Source of the DNA: Ascoidea asiatica JCM 7603
Taxonomy: Eukaryota > Fungi > Ascomycota
Reading direction: 5' to 3'
Length of the DNA: 64,000 nucleotides
NCBI GenBank assembly: GCA_001600695.1
Contig: BCKQ01000002.1
Span: 1,610,326 to 1,674,325 of the forward strand
Numbering within the stretch: position 1 is the stretch's first letter; every line of letters begins with the position of its first letter. Made by a program: the position numbers and the translations under genes. Below the pieces are notes generated by a model. That model saw only the letters and a list, made by a program, of their open reading frames with translations. It searched no databases and was not told the DNA's origin. Of the stretch, positions 1 to 12,360 are shown one piece after another.

Positions 1-187
1 TAAATTTCTTTTAAATGAGATTTTGATCTTTTATCCCATTTTTTTAAAATTTTTCTAAAACCAGTTTCATTTAATTCAACAAATTGAGATAATCTATCAA
101 GATCTTTATTAAATTTTTGAAAATTATTAAATAAATTTTGAAAAGATATTGAATCATTATCAAAATCTAAATCATTTATATCATTAA

Positions 188-222
<35 letters not shown>

Positions 223-590
223 GATGATGAAGATGAGGAAGAAGGTGAAGATAAAGTAGATAATAATGTTTTTTTCTTTTGAATTAAAATATCTAATTTT
301 AATTTTAAATCAGCTTCTTTTTCAATATAAAAATTATTAACTTTTTCTAATTCTCTTTCAATTCTAAAAAAAAAACTAGCATTATTTTCTTTTAATAATA
401 ATTCAACTTGTTTATTATTAAAATCAATTTTATTTGAAATATTATTATCAATTGAGGATTGAAGTGAATTTACTGTATTTATAGTTGCTAAAGATTTAAT
501 TAATTTCTTTAAAGATTTATAATTCATAAAATATGGTAAATATTCAGGTAATTGTAATTTTCTAGCTTCTAGATATTTACCATATTTCAT
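1..590 (-). CDS. PHO81: SPX-domain CDK inhibitor Pho81 (5' part; gene runs off the left edge)
   Basis: Not in the ORF track. Manual translation from the ATG at 590 gives MKYGKYLEARKLQLPEYLPYFMNYKSLKKLIK...SFFFRIERELEKVNNFYIEKEADLKLKLDIL, which matches the Pho81 SPX N-terminus. Pho4-type sites lie upstream. Confidence 0.85.
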
Positions 591-1008
591 TTTGTTTTAT
601 TATTAAATTTTGATATTAGATTATGATAGTGAATGAATGAATGAATAAATCTATAAATGATTCTATGATTCTATGATTCTATGATTATAGAATATGAGTA
701 ATTGAATATTTATTTGAAAGGAGATTGATTTGAATTGAATAGAATATAATTGAATAAAAATAATATATGATTAAAACAATAGAATAATAGAAATAATACA
801 AATGTTAAAAGAAGAAAAAGAAGAAAAAGAAGAAAAAGAAGCAGAATCTGAGGAAATTGAGGAAATTGAGGAATCTGAAACTGAAAATGCTTGGATTTGG
901 CTGTGGATGGTCCAGGGACCGGAACAGGTCCACTGTTCTGGTCTCACTCCGGGATGTACAAACATGCAGTCTAGTGTATCATGGAACACCTGGCTGCACC
1001 AGAGAGCC

Positions 1009-1220
1009 CACGTTCTCTGATTCTGTGCTCTTATTGGCCAGAGCACCACGTTTTCCATTAACACCATGTCACTGGTTTAGGTGCTTCCAAAAAGGGGTAT
1101 CACCCACAAAACTGGATTTGAATCCGCAGGGCTGTGTGCGCTGCTGCGTTCCACTGTGGAATTACTGCTGGTGACGTAGCCCGCCGAGGAATGAGCTGCT
1201 CTGCGTTCTTCCCGCACGTG
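1009..1220. promoter_or_regulatory. Pho4-type E-boxes in the GC-rich PHO81/ANP1 divergent promoter
   Basis: CACGTT at 1009-1014 and 1047-1052; CACGTG at 1215-1220. PHO81 is a known Pho4 target in yeasts. Confidence 0.6.
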
Positions 1221-1282
1221 ATCTCTCCGACTCTCTCAAACTCTCGTTTTAGCAACAGTAATAAAAATACCTGCCAGTTTTC

Positions 1283-1341
1283 TCACTTTCACTTCTCTCA
1301 CTTCTCTCACTTCTCTCACTTCTCTCACTTCTCTCACTTCT
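1283..1341 (+). repeat. 9-bp tandem repeat (CACTTCTCT) x~5
   Basis: Directly visible. Confidence 0.85.
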
Positions 1342-1586
1342 CGCAGCTGATTTGATTTATTTTCGTTTAAATTCACTTGAAATTAAATTTAGCTTTAAAT
1401 GGTTTATTTTTATTTTCAACACCTGTAACTTATAATCTGAAAATATCTATTGTCAAATTATTAAATTTTAAATAAAGAACAATATAAAACTTTTCAATTA
1501 TCAATTATTAGTTATTGATATAAAATAATAAAAGGATCATTTTTTTCTTATACTTTTTTTTTTTTCTCTTATGGCCCAATATATAA

Positions 1587-3512
1587 ATGAATCATCCTTT
1601 TTTCAGGTATGTAAAATATATTATTAAAACTATATCCTATTTTATACCTAGTATATATATATATTAAAAATTATTTTTAACTAACATTATTTAAAAAAGA
1701 CCAATAATTAAAAAATCCTCAAAGGGTAATTTTAATAAAAGTTATAAAAATCTAAAATATATTTTAGTTTTTTCAATTTTATTATTAATTTTAATTTTTT
1801 TTTTATTAAAAATTTTAAATTTTTTTAATATATTTAAAGTAATTTTAAATATTATAAATTTTTCAATATTTAAAAAAATATTTAATAATTATAATAATTA
1901 TTATTATAATAATAATAATTATATTGATAATAATCTTTATAAACCAAATTTAAATGATATACCAAATGTTAAATTTTTTGATTTAAAAAATTATCAAGGT
2001 TCAAAAAATGGTTGGCAAAATTTTGAAAAAGTTTTATTTTGTGTACCTTTAAGAGATGCAGAATCTCATTTACCAATGTTTTTTAATCATATGAGAAATT
2101 TAACTTATCCACATAATTTAATTGATTTAGCATTTTTAGTATCTGATTCAAAAGATAATACAATGGATTCTTTAAGATCTCATTTAGAAGATATACAAAA
2201 TGATTCAAATATTAATTTACATTTTGGTGAAATTGAAATTTTTGAAAAAGATTTTGGACAAATTATTGGTCAAGGATTTTCTGATAGACATGGTTTTGAA
2301 GCTCAAGGTCCAAGAAGAAAATTAATGGCAAGAGCAAGAAATTGGTTATGGACTGTAGCTTTAAAACCAAATCATTCATGGATTTATTGGAGAGATGCTG
2401 ATGTTGAAACTGTACCTCCAACAATTATTGAAGATTTAATGCATCATAATAAAGATGTTATTGTACCAAATGTTTGGAGACCATTACCTGATTGGTTAGG
2501 TAATCAACAACCATATGATTTAAATTCATGGCAAGAAAGTGATGGAGGTTTACAATTAGCAAATTCATTAGATGAAAATGCTGTAATTGTTGAAGGTTAT
2601 GTTGAATATGCCACTTGGAGACCACATTTAGCTTATTTAAGAGATCCAAATGGTGATCCAGAAGTTGAAATGCCTTTAGATGGTATTGGAGGAGTTTCAA
2701 TATTATCAAAAGCAAATGTATTTAAAAGTGGAGCACATTTTCCTGCATTTTCATTTGAAAAACATGCAGAAACTGAAGCATTTGGTAAAATGTGTAAAAA
2801 AATGAATTTTAATGTTTTTGGTTTACCACATTATGTAATTTGGCATATTTATGAACCAAGTACAGATGATTTAAAACATATGGAATGGATGGCAAAAGAA
2901 GAATTAAGACAAAAAGAAGAACAAAAATTAAAAGAAATTTATGATAAATCATGGATTGAAAGATTTGAAGATGTTCAAGATTCTTGGAAATCTGATAGAA
3001 TTAATATTTTAAAAAATACAGATATGACAAGACATAGAAATATTATTGTTGATTGGTCTGATGATGATATTATTGATAATAATAATAATAATGATAATAA
3101 TGAAAAAATTAAAGATGATAATAATGAAAAAATTAATAAAGGTATACCACCTGCTCAACCTCCAAGACAAAAAGATTTATTACCTGAAGAAAAATTATTT
3201 GTTGATGAATCTTTAATTGAAAATCAAAAAGGTATTGTAAAAGATATTTTATCAGATAATAAATTAGATACTCAAAAAGATAACAAAATAGATAATCAAA
3301 AAGACAATAAAAATGATATTCAATTGGATAATAAAATAGACAATGAAATAAAGAATAATAATAATAACAAAGATATTAATAACAATAATAAAGATAATAG
3401 TAACAATAATAAAGATAATAATATTCAAGTAGATAATTCTAAAAATCAAAATCAAAATCAAAATCAAAATCAAAATCAAAAAGAAGATAATAATATAAAA
3501 CCAGATAATTGA
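1587..3512 (+). CDS. ANP1: Mannan polymerase II subunit Anp1 (GT62); two exons, 1587-1606 and 1700-3512
   Basis: The 2076 ORF frame stays open back to 1701 and includes a TM segment ([17 protein letters not shown]) and VLFCVPLRDAESHLPMFF. Splicing 1607-1699 gives MNHPFFRPIIKK.... Anp1 motifs: WIYWRDADVE, VPNVWRPLPDWLG, HAETEAFGK. Confidence 0.9.
1607..1699 (+). other. Spliceosomal intron of ANP1 (93 nt)
   Basis: GTATGT donor at 1607, TAACTAAC branch site at 1678-1685, AAAG acceptor ending at 1699. The phase-2 junction restores the reading frame. Confidence 0.8.
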
Positions 3513-4019
3513 TAATACACACTCAAATTATTATCATTATGAATATATTAATATATTAATATAATAATATAATATAATATAATATAATATAAGATATATA
3601 TACAAAATAAGTTTTTTTTTTGTATTTTTTGTATTTTTTGTTCGTTTTTGTTAGTCTTTTTTTTCATCTATATTCTTGCATTAATAATTTTTTATTTATT
3701 AACGTTTTATCTTTTAATTTACATGTATATTACTTAATTATTCTTCCAAAGCTAATAACCATTACAATTTCAATTATTTTTTATCCTTTTTCTTCTCTTT
3801 TTAATACACTTTTGAAAAATAACAATGATAATAATGATCGTGTCACGTGCGAGTCCATTTCCATGGGTCTTCTTTTTTTAAATTCTTTGATTTTAATTTT
3901 CATTGGCTGAGTTCAATGAAAACGAATAAAAGAAAAGAAAAGAAATGAAAAGAAATGAAATGAAATGAAAAGAAGTTGATTGAAGTTGATTGAAAGAGAT
4001 ATATTTATTGAATATAATA

Positions 4020-5621
4020 ATGTTTATGTTTAATAACATATATCCAATTAAAACTTCAATCAAATGCTCAATTATAAAGTCAAGGTTAAGATCAGTTAAT
4101 AGTTATAATAAACTTATATTACTAAAAAGAATTAATCAAAACAATAATAAATTAAATAAACTTTTTATATCCAATTCATCTTATAATCTTAATAATAATC
4201 TTAATAATAAATTTAATAATAAAGAGAATGAAAATTTTAAAAATATAAAAGAAACTTTGAATTGTGATTTTAAATTTTTAATTTATGATAATGTTTTATT
4301 TCAAAATTGTTTATCAATAGAAGAATTAATAATTCAAGTATTTTTATCAAGAATTGAGATTCATATAAAAAAAAATGTAAATAAATTTAAAGAAGATAAT
4401 AAACCTTTAATAAATAATAATAATAATAATAATAATGAATTAAAAGATATTGAAACTATCACTGAAGATATTGAATATAATGAAAAAGATATTAAGATTA
4501 TAAATGATTTTTTTAAAGATTCAAATAATCTTTTATTATTTAATAAATTATTTGAAGAAAAATTTAATAAAGAATGGTATAATAATATAAATTTTGAAGA
4601 ATTATTAGAAAATATTAATAAAAAAGATATTGAAAAATTAAATGAATTTGAATTTCAAGAATTTAAAATTTTTAATTATATTTTTATAAAAATTTTACCA
4701 AGAAAATATAAAAATTTATGTAAAGAAATATTTTCAATAAAAATTTATAATAAAAATTATAATAAAAATTTATATTCAAATTTTTTAATAATTATTCAAT
4801 TAAATAAATTTTTAAAAAATTCATTATATAATAGTATTGGATCATTTAATAAAAAATTAATTAAAGAAATTAGATTTACAAAAAAATTTAATTTTGGATT
4901 AATTTTAAGTGAAAATTGGATTAAAGGTAATATTTATGAATTTTCAAAATTTTTAAAAAATTATTTTGAAATAAAAAATTTAAATGAGATAATTTTTTTA
5001 AATAAAAAAGAAATAAATTTAAAATTTAATAAAAAAAAATTTAAAGATGATAAAAATGAATTAATTTTAAAATTTAAAAAAATTAATATAATTAATTTAT
5101 CAAGACCAATTTTTTTAAATAATAAAAAATTTAATTTAAATAAAGAAATTAAAGAAATTAAAGAAAATTCATTTAAAGAATTTTTTAAAAAAAAATTAAA
5201 AATAAATTTAATTTATTTAATATTTTCAAAAGAAATAAAAAATGATAATAATAATAATTATAATTATAATTTAATTGATAAATTAAATTTAATTGGTGAA
5301 AAATTAAATATTAAAACTATTTATATTACAAATGGTGATAATAATTTTAATAATATTAATGAAATTTCAAATATTGAAGAATTAATAATAAATTTTAAAA
5401 ATTTTAAAAAAAATTATGATATTTTAAATTGTAAAAAAATTTATTTAAATCTTTTAAATTTAGATAAAATTATTTTAAAAAATAATAAAGAATTACTTGA
5501 ATTAATTAAAATTTTCAATGATAAAATAATTTATATGAAAGAAGAAGTTACAGATAATAATCAAAAATTAAATAAATTCTCAGAGGCAGCAGAATTAGTT
5601 GCAAAAGATAATAAATATTAG
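4020..5621 (+). CDS. Hypothetical N/K/I/L-rich protein (533 aa), possibly mitochondrial
   Basis: 1.6-kb open frame in very AT-rich DNA. The first ATG is at 4020 (the track start at 3990 is TTG). The N-terminus is basic and acid-free, like a presequence. No family recognised. Confidence 0.65.
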   Translation: MFMFNNIYPIKTSIKCSIIKSRLRSVNSYNKLILLKRINQNNNKLNKLFISNSSYNLNNNLNNKFNNKENENFKNIKETLNCDFKFLIYDNVLFQNCLSIEELIIQVFLSRIEIHIKKNVNKFKEDNKPLINNNNNNNNELKDIETITEDIEYNEKDIKIINDFFKDSNNLLLFNKLFEEKFNKEWYNNINFEELLENINKKDIEKLNEFEFQEFKIFNYIFIKILPRKYKNLCKEIFSIKIYNKNYNKNLYSNFLIIIQLNKFLKNSLYNSIGSFNKKLIKEIRFTKKFNFGLILSENWIKGNIYEFSKFLKNYFEIKNLNEIIFLNKKEINLKFNKKKFKDDKNELILKFKKINIINLSRPIFLNNKKFNLNKEIKEIKENSFKEFFKKKLKINLIYLIFSKEIKNDNNNNYNYNLIDKLNLIGEKLNIKTIYITNGDNNFNNINEISNIEELIINFKNFKKNYDILNCKKIYLNLLNLDKIILKNNKELLELIKIFNDKIIYMKEEVTDNNQKLNKFSEAAELVAKDNKY

Positions 5622-5816
5622 TATTAGTATTAGTATTAGTATATAGGGTATTATATAGGATATTATATAGGATATTATATAGGGCAATGGACATGAATAT
5701 ACAGGACGTACTGTCCTACAAGCTATTTAAGCTTTTCTGGGCTTGGAACAAAAAAAACTCGAGAAAAAAAACTGGAAAATGCTTGATTTTTTTGACTTGA
5801 AGTCTTGGTGCAGGAG

Positions 5817-5859
5817 CACGTGACAGCCAAGCCCTGATTGTCAACAACGAGCACGTGAC
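5817..5859. promoter_or_regulatory. Paired Cbf1-type sites (CACGTGAC x2) in a GC-rich promoter island
   Basis: GAGCACGTGAC occurs twice, with cores at 5817-5824 and 5852-5859. Confidence 0.55.
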
Positions 5860-7241
5860 TTCACTGCTAAACTTCCTTTGTTTTTACGAGCAGCGCCGAA
5901 ACTGAAATTTTTCCCGTGAAATTTGCCCATGCTTTAATCCCGGTCGCGGTGGAGATTCTGCTTGGAAACAGCACCCTGCCGCCGTGTGCGCACGCCAGTC
6001 CAAACGGTGCCCGGAGACAAACTCCATTCGGTAATGAGTCTATAAATAGCTCGCCGGTGCGGATTACGCCACCGCACAATGGAGTATGGAACCAAGAAAA
6101 ACCGCGTCGAGAACTGTTTTAGGCTGTTTTGTTGCCGGATATCGGATCTGGAATAGCAGAAAACAGGGACCCTCCTGCCAAAAGAGTAGAAAACACTGGC
6201 GTATTTGTGGCGTAGACCTGAGGTCTCGGCCCACTGCTGCAGCACACCCCTGTGGCAGTCCAACAAACTGCCGCTGCTGTTTCCGATTCTTTGTGGTCTT
6301 GGCCCGCTGAGACTGGGCGATTTACCTGCCGCATTTGGCTCGCAGATATTCCGTTAAGAAATACGGTTAATTTGAATATAATATTTATATTTTGAATATT
6401 TGAATATTTCACTATTTCACTATTTCACTGATAATATCAATAATATCAACAATATCAACAATATCAACAAGTTAATAAAAAGAAAAAGAAAAGGAAAAGA
6501 AGACAGTAAAATCTTAAAGCTATCTGAAATTTAGCTCTTTTATTTAACAAAACTCCAAGATTTACTTGTCTCCTTCTAGACTTTCACCCAAATCTATCTT
6601 TAAACTCCAGCATTATCATTGTAATCCTTCATATTCTTAATATTCTTCACTCGTTTACTCTCTCAATCACTCTCTCTCTCACTTTCTTTAATCTCATTGT
6701 TTTCTTTCTACTACGACAACTTATTAACTATTTTATCAATTATATACCAATTTATATCAAAATCCAATAAAACAAATAAAACATATATCAAAATTATAAT
6801 CTAATCTAATCTGAGAGCAAATATTTTCTTCTAAAAGTTATCAAATTATCCAACTAATTGTCTTTCGTTTATCACTACAAAAACATTCTTTTCTTTTCTT
6901 TTCTTAACTTTACTTTACTTTACTTTACTTTTTTCTCAAATCCAAAAAAAAAAATTCAATAATATATATTAATAACTATTTATTAATTATAATTGAAATC
7001 TGGTGAAATTTTATTACAATTACTTTCTTTCCTTAAGTTTTGTTTTAATTCTCAATCAATCACTCTTTTTAAAATTTTTTAAGAAAACAAATTTTATTCC
7101 TTTCTTTTCTCTCATTTTTAATGCGACTTAACAGTAAATTGAATTATTAAATTATTTTATTATTATTTTTATTTTAATTTTAATTTTAATTTTTATTTAA
7201 ATTTTTATTTATCTTTTTTTATCTGATTTTTAACTCTAAAA

Positions 7242-8316
7242 ATGGCTGGTGGTATTTTGAGTATTATTTCAATCACTGAAAATAATGAATCTCCAAATCC
7301 TTTTCAATCTTTAATTCCGGAACCTTTGAAAAATTATCATCATAAACATATAATTCCTTCTCATCAAATTTATGATAACAATAATAATAATAATAATAAT
7401 CATGATTTTCAATCTTCTAATTCAAATCCAATTCTTTTACCAAGAATGCCATTTCCAAAAAAAGATGATGATGATGATGACGATGATGATGATTCTTCTT
7501 CTTCTTCTTTTGATTCAACTGGTTTAACTGTTGGTTTATCTGTTAGTGTTCCAATTATTATTTTTATGATATTTTTAGGATTTTTTTATTATATAAATTA
7601 TAAAAAAAATAAACAAGAAGAAAAAGAATTTTTAGATGATCCTGATTTTGCAAATGATGATATAACTGATTTACCTGATTTAAAACCACAAAAATTACCA
7701 ATAAATAAATCTAATTCTCAATCAAATTTATCTTATTTATCTAAAAGTAATACTGATTTAAGTATTAATATTAATATTAATAATAATAATAACTCTTTAA
7801 ATACTGGTCTTAATAATGATGATACAATCTCCGTTCATACTTTTAAATATGATGCAATTGTTTTACCAACTGATGGTCATAATGAATCAAGAAATTTTCT
7901 TGATGAATATGCTAAAGTTTTAGGTACTGGAAACTCTCCATATAATAGTGCAAATTCATCTGTAACAAATTTAAAAAATTTAAATTCTCCAAATTCTCAT
8001 TTAAATTTATCAAATAGATTTAATTCTTCTTCTATTACAAATTTACCTTCTCCATTAAATGAAAAAGCTTTTTCAAATCGTTCTTCTGATACTTCAAATT
8101 CAAATAATACTTTAAATTCAAATAATCATTTAGATAATAATAATTATAATAAAAATGATATTCATGAAGAAAAATCAAGTGATATTAGTACAAGTACAGT
8201 AATGGATTCTCCAATTATTGATATTAAACAAAAAAATCCATTTAGTGATAGTAATCAACCAACTCCAAAAAATGTTAATAATCTTCATAATAATCAAGAT
8301 ATTGATGATTATGATG

Positions 8317-8357
<41 letters not shown>

Positions 8358-9689
8358 TCTGATATTCAATCAATTTCACCTTCAAATTCTTTAAATCTGT
8401 TCTCAAATAATCATAATCATAATAATAATAATAATAATATAATATCTGATAGTTTAAATTTTAATAACAATAACAATAATTATATGTTAAATGATAATGA
8501 TGATGATGATATTGATTCAATTCCAAAATCTATAAAACCAAAAAAATCAGTTAAACTTAATATACCTGATGATTATGATTATCAAAAATTTAATGAAATT
8601 GATATAAATGATCCTTCAATTACAAATGAAGAAAAAGAACAATATCAAAGAATGAAAAGTGTTTATAATATTTATTTTGATAGACAAAATTCAATTAAAA
8701 CAATGAATTCTCAAGCTCATTCTCAAGCTGAAGCTCAAATTTTAAATTATAATGAAATTAATAATATACAAACTTCTCAACCATCTCCATTACCAAGAGC
8801 TTATAATCCTGTAAGTCCTCCGCCTCAACAACCTTTACCTTTACCACATTCTATAGATACAAATGATTTTTCTGAAAATAATCCTTATGAATCAAATTCA
8901 AATTCAAATTCAAATTCAAATATGAATATGAATATGAATATGAATATGAATATGAATATGAATATGGAAATGGAAGTTGAGAATTCTTCAAATTATTTAC
9001 CTTATCCAAATGCAAATAATCCTGCTCCTCAGCTAAATAATAATAATCATCAACAACCAAAATTAAATCAAATACCTCAATCAATTAAATCACCTCAATT
9101 AAGTAATAATATTATTGAGAAACCAATTGTTAAACCATTAAAACCTTTAAGACCTTTAGAAAAACTTCCTTCTGCATCAAATATTCATGATATTGGTTCT
9201 TCATTTACAGATTTTGCATATTCTTCAAAAGTTAAACAACAAAAAAATACAGGTAATAAAAATTTAAAACCATTTAATCCTATAGAACATAATGAAGTTT
9301 GGACTTCACCAGTTATTCCAAATTCACCAAGTTCTGGTTTCACAAGTCAAAAAAATCTATCAAGTACAAGTTTAAATCATACTCCAATTGAAATTGAAAA
9401 TAATAATTTCTCTGCTTCTCAAGTTGGAAGATCAAGTGTTGTAATGTTGAATACTGTAGATTTTGGATCATCTAAAACATATAGACCTGCTGGAAGTATG
9501 GCTAATATGAATAAAAAAAGAATACCCTCATCACCAAATCCTGATAATAATAATAACAATAACAATAATAATAATAATAATAATATGATTCCAGATACGT
9601 ATAATGGTAAAGATAAAAGAACAAATCCTAAGAAAAATCAAAAAAATCAAAAATTACTACGAAATCAATTAATGAATTCTGATTTTTAA
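7242..9689 (+). CDS. SKG6: Skg6/Tos2-family single-pass plasma-membrane polarity protein
   Basis: One TM segment (GLTVGLSVSVPIIIFMIFLGFFYY) followed by KKNKQEEKEFLDDPDF; conserved EQYQRMKSVYNIYFDR block; long S/N-rich cytoplasmic tail. Confidence 0.7.
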
Positions 9690-10330
9690 ATGTGATTTTT
9701 TTTTGCTTTTTTCTTTTATTTTTTTTTTATTTTTTTTAGGTTATTTCGTTCTGCGTTCATTTATTTTTTTATTTATTTTTATTTTATCTATATATATTTA
9801 TTCATTATTCATTTTTTTTCGTAATTTTTTATATATAACTTTTTAAAGAATTTTTAGATTTAGGTCTTTTAATTAAAACGTTTGTTTTCCTTGGCGTTTT
9901 TTGTTCTTCTTTTTTTTTTTTTTTTTTTTCTCAAATTTCTACTTTTTATTTAAATATTTATTTTAAATTATTTATTTTGCAAACTTTGCTATTTAAGATT
10001 TCATTTATTTTCATTTTATTCATCATAAATTAGATATCAAATAAATCATATTGTTCAGAATTCATAAGACGGTTTTTGGAGTCAAAAGACAAATGAGTAA
10101 TTTCTTTTTTTGATTTCCAATTAATTTTTATTTTTCAAATACTTTTCTGATTCATATAGATATAAGATAAGATATAATATTTATATAAATTTTCAATAAA
10201 TAAGTTAGCTAGTTATATATAAAAAGAAAAAAGAAAAAAGAAGCAAACGATGTAGTGGAATCGAAGAGAAGAATAGAATACAATACAGAGAAGTAATGTT
10301 GAATGAATTTAAATGAAGAAAGAAGTTTAT

Positions 10331-10882
10331 TTAAGCTAATTCAAAATCATCAAGTTGATTTTTATAATTAAGTATATTTTTACGAATTTTACTTGTATTA
10401 ACCCAAGTTAAATGATCTTCCATATTTCTTGTAACTAAATAAGCAGGATCAGTTATTACATTTGGACCAACTCTTATATGACCTTGTTCTATAAAAGTTA
10501 CAGCATCTTTTATAGTTTCAGCCATTTTTAATCTTTGCATTACAACACCAATTCTTCTTCTACAAAAAGCAGAAACAGTAATTTTATTTTCTAAATCAGA
10601 AATTTTAATTTTTGAATTTAATATACCTATAATATATAATTTTTCAATTAATAATTGTTCATGTTGTATTCGTATTGGATCATCCGAAGGTAATAAAGAT
10701 AAATTTCTTGCTAATTTTCTTATATCACCACAAATTTTATTATATTTATGATAATCTTCTCTATTTTGAATATAATATGTTCTCATAACTTGAGTATCAC
10801 GATGATTTTGATCTTGTTTCCAATTAAGGAAATCTACTTTTTTTAATAATTTTTGTTCATGATATTTAAGTTTTCTAACCAT
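10331..10882 (-). CDS. IMP3: U3 snoRNP protein Imp3 (S4 domain)
   Basis: [22 protein letters not shown]...[27 protein letters not shown], 183 aa. Confidence 0.97.
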   Translation of the reverse strand: MVRKLKYHEQKLLKKVDFLNWKQDQNHRDTQVMRTYYIQNREDYHKYNKICGDIRKLARNLSLLPSDDPIRIQHEQLLIEKLYIIGILNSKIKISDLENKITVSAFCRRRIGVVMQRLKMAETIKDAVTFIEQGHIRVGPNVITDPAYLVTRNMEDHLTWVNTSKIRKNILNYKNQLDDFELA

Positions 10883-11030
10883 TTTTGAAAGTTTTCTATA
10901 TTATTATTAATATTATTGATATTATTTGATTATATTTCTTCTTTTATTTAAATATCTTTAAACAATATTTCAAGAATTTCAAGAATTTCAAGAATTTCAA
11001 GAATTTAATAGTAATAAAGTTAAAAAAAAT

Positions 11031-11090
11031 AATTTTTCAAAAAAAAAAATATTAACGGAGGTTTTGAAAAATTGAAAGAAAGTTACCCGG
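11031..11090. promoter_or_regulatory. RRPE x2 plus Reb1 site in the IMP3/MRPL6 divergent promoter
   Basis: AATTTTTCA at 11031-11039, TGAAAAATT at 11065-11073, TTACCCGG at 11083-11090. Confidence 0.6.
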
Positions 11091-11162
11091 CGAGTACCAT
11101 AATTAAACGATTTTAAATTACTGTTTACTTATTAAAAGATATGAAATGAAATAAAATATTAA

Positions 11163-11195
<33 letters not shown>

Positions 11196-11221
11196 CAAAG
11201 AAAGAAATAATTAGGATTAAA

Positions 11222-11926
11222 ATGAGTTTAAATATTTGTAATAAATATTTAATTAAGAGTAATTATTATTCTAAAATTAGATTAAATTTAATAAAAAGAT
11301 CATTTTGTGAAAGTCAAATTATAAAATCTCATATTGGATCTCAACCAATATATTTATCAAATGAAGTTTCATTTGAATTAAGAAATTTAAAAAATCCAAG
11401 GATTGTAGTTAAAGGTAGAAATAGAATAAATTTATCACAAGAAATTATAATTAAAGGACCAAAAGGTGAATTAAAAACCATTATTCCAGATTTTATTCAA
11501 GCAAATAAAAAAGAAGAAAAACTTTTAATAAAAGTTGAAAAAAATGAATTAAAAAATCAAAAAGCAATGTGGGGTACAGTTAGATCAATTGTAAATAATA
11601 ATGTTATTGGAGTCACAGATGGTCATCTTTGTATTTTAAGATTAGTTGGAACTGGATATAGAGCACAAATTGAAGATAGAGAAAATGGTAAAAAATTTGT
11701 TGGATTAAAAGTTGGATATTCAGTTTTAAAAGGTCTTGAAGTACCTGAAGGAATTGAAGTTTCTTCACCAGTTCCAACTAGAGTTATCATTGAAGGTATA
11801 GATAAACAACAAGTTAAATTATTTGCAGCCAGTCTTCGTCAATTTCATCCTCCAGAACCATATAAAGGTAAAGGAATATATATTGATGATGAAAGTATAA
11901 AATTGAAAGATAAAAAAATCAAATGA
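11222..11926 (+). CDS. MRPL6: Mitochondrial ribosomal protein uL6m
   Basis: [52 protein letters not shown]; presequence-like N-terminus. Confidence 0.95.
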   Translation: MSLNICNKYLIKSNYYSKIRLNLIKRSFCESQIIKSHIGSQPIYLSNEVSFELRNLKNPRIVVKGRNRINLSQEIIIKGPKGELKTIIPDFIQANKKEEKLLIKVEKNELKNQKAMWGTVRSIVNNNVIGVTDGHLCILRLVGTGYRAQIEDRENGKKFVGLKVGYSVLKGLEVPEGIEVSSPVPTRVIIEGIDKQQVKLFAASLRQFHPPEPYKGKGIYIDDESIKLKDKKIK

Positions 11927-12244
11927 TGTAAAATTGAAGACCATTCTACTTCCATTTGGTGTGTTTTACTTCATTCTCTTTCTCACTTGTATATAACAAT
12001 ATAATCTAGATCAATAAATAATTAATAAATTCAATGCTTTCATGCTCAGCAGACACAGCAGACAGCCATGGTAATTAATAATTAATAACTAGTAATTAGT
12101 AACTAGTAATTAGTAACTTTATTGTTCACAAAAGCAATGTCACGTGTCTTTGATGTTAATGAAAATTACTTGAGAAAAATCAGTGAGATTTTCATGGAGG
12201 AGTTGAAACGGAAATTGATTGAAGTTGAAGGAGAGTGAATAAAA

Positions 12245-12313
12245 GAAGAAGAAGAAGAAGAAGTATATTATAGATTATTGTCAGTAGAAGAAGAAGAAGA
12301 AGAAGTAGAGGAT

Positions 12314-12344
<31 letters not shown>

Positions 12345-12357
12345 AAGAAGAAGAAGA
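12245..12357 (+). repeat. Interrupted (GAA)n microsatellite upstream of MRPL9
   Basis: Directly visible. Confidence 0.85.
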
Positions 12358-12360
12358 ATA

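Noticed and set aside
771-1355. Four short overlapping ORFs in the PHO81/ANP1 spacer
   Set aside because: They arise from a stop-poor GC-rich promoter island and simple repeats; there is no recognisable protein and the codon style differs from real genes.
5867-6412. Cluster of 68-110 aa ORFs on both strands
   Set aside because: By-product of the GC-rich promoter island; mutually overlapping with no homology.
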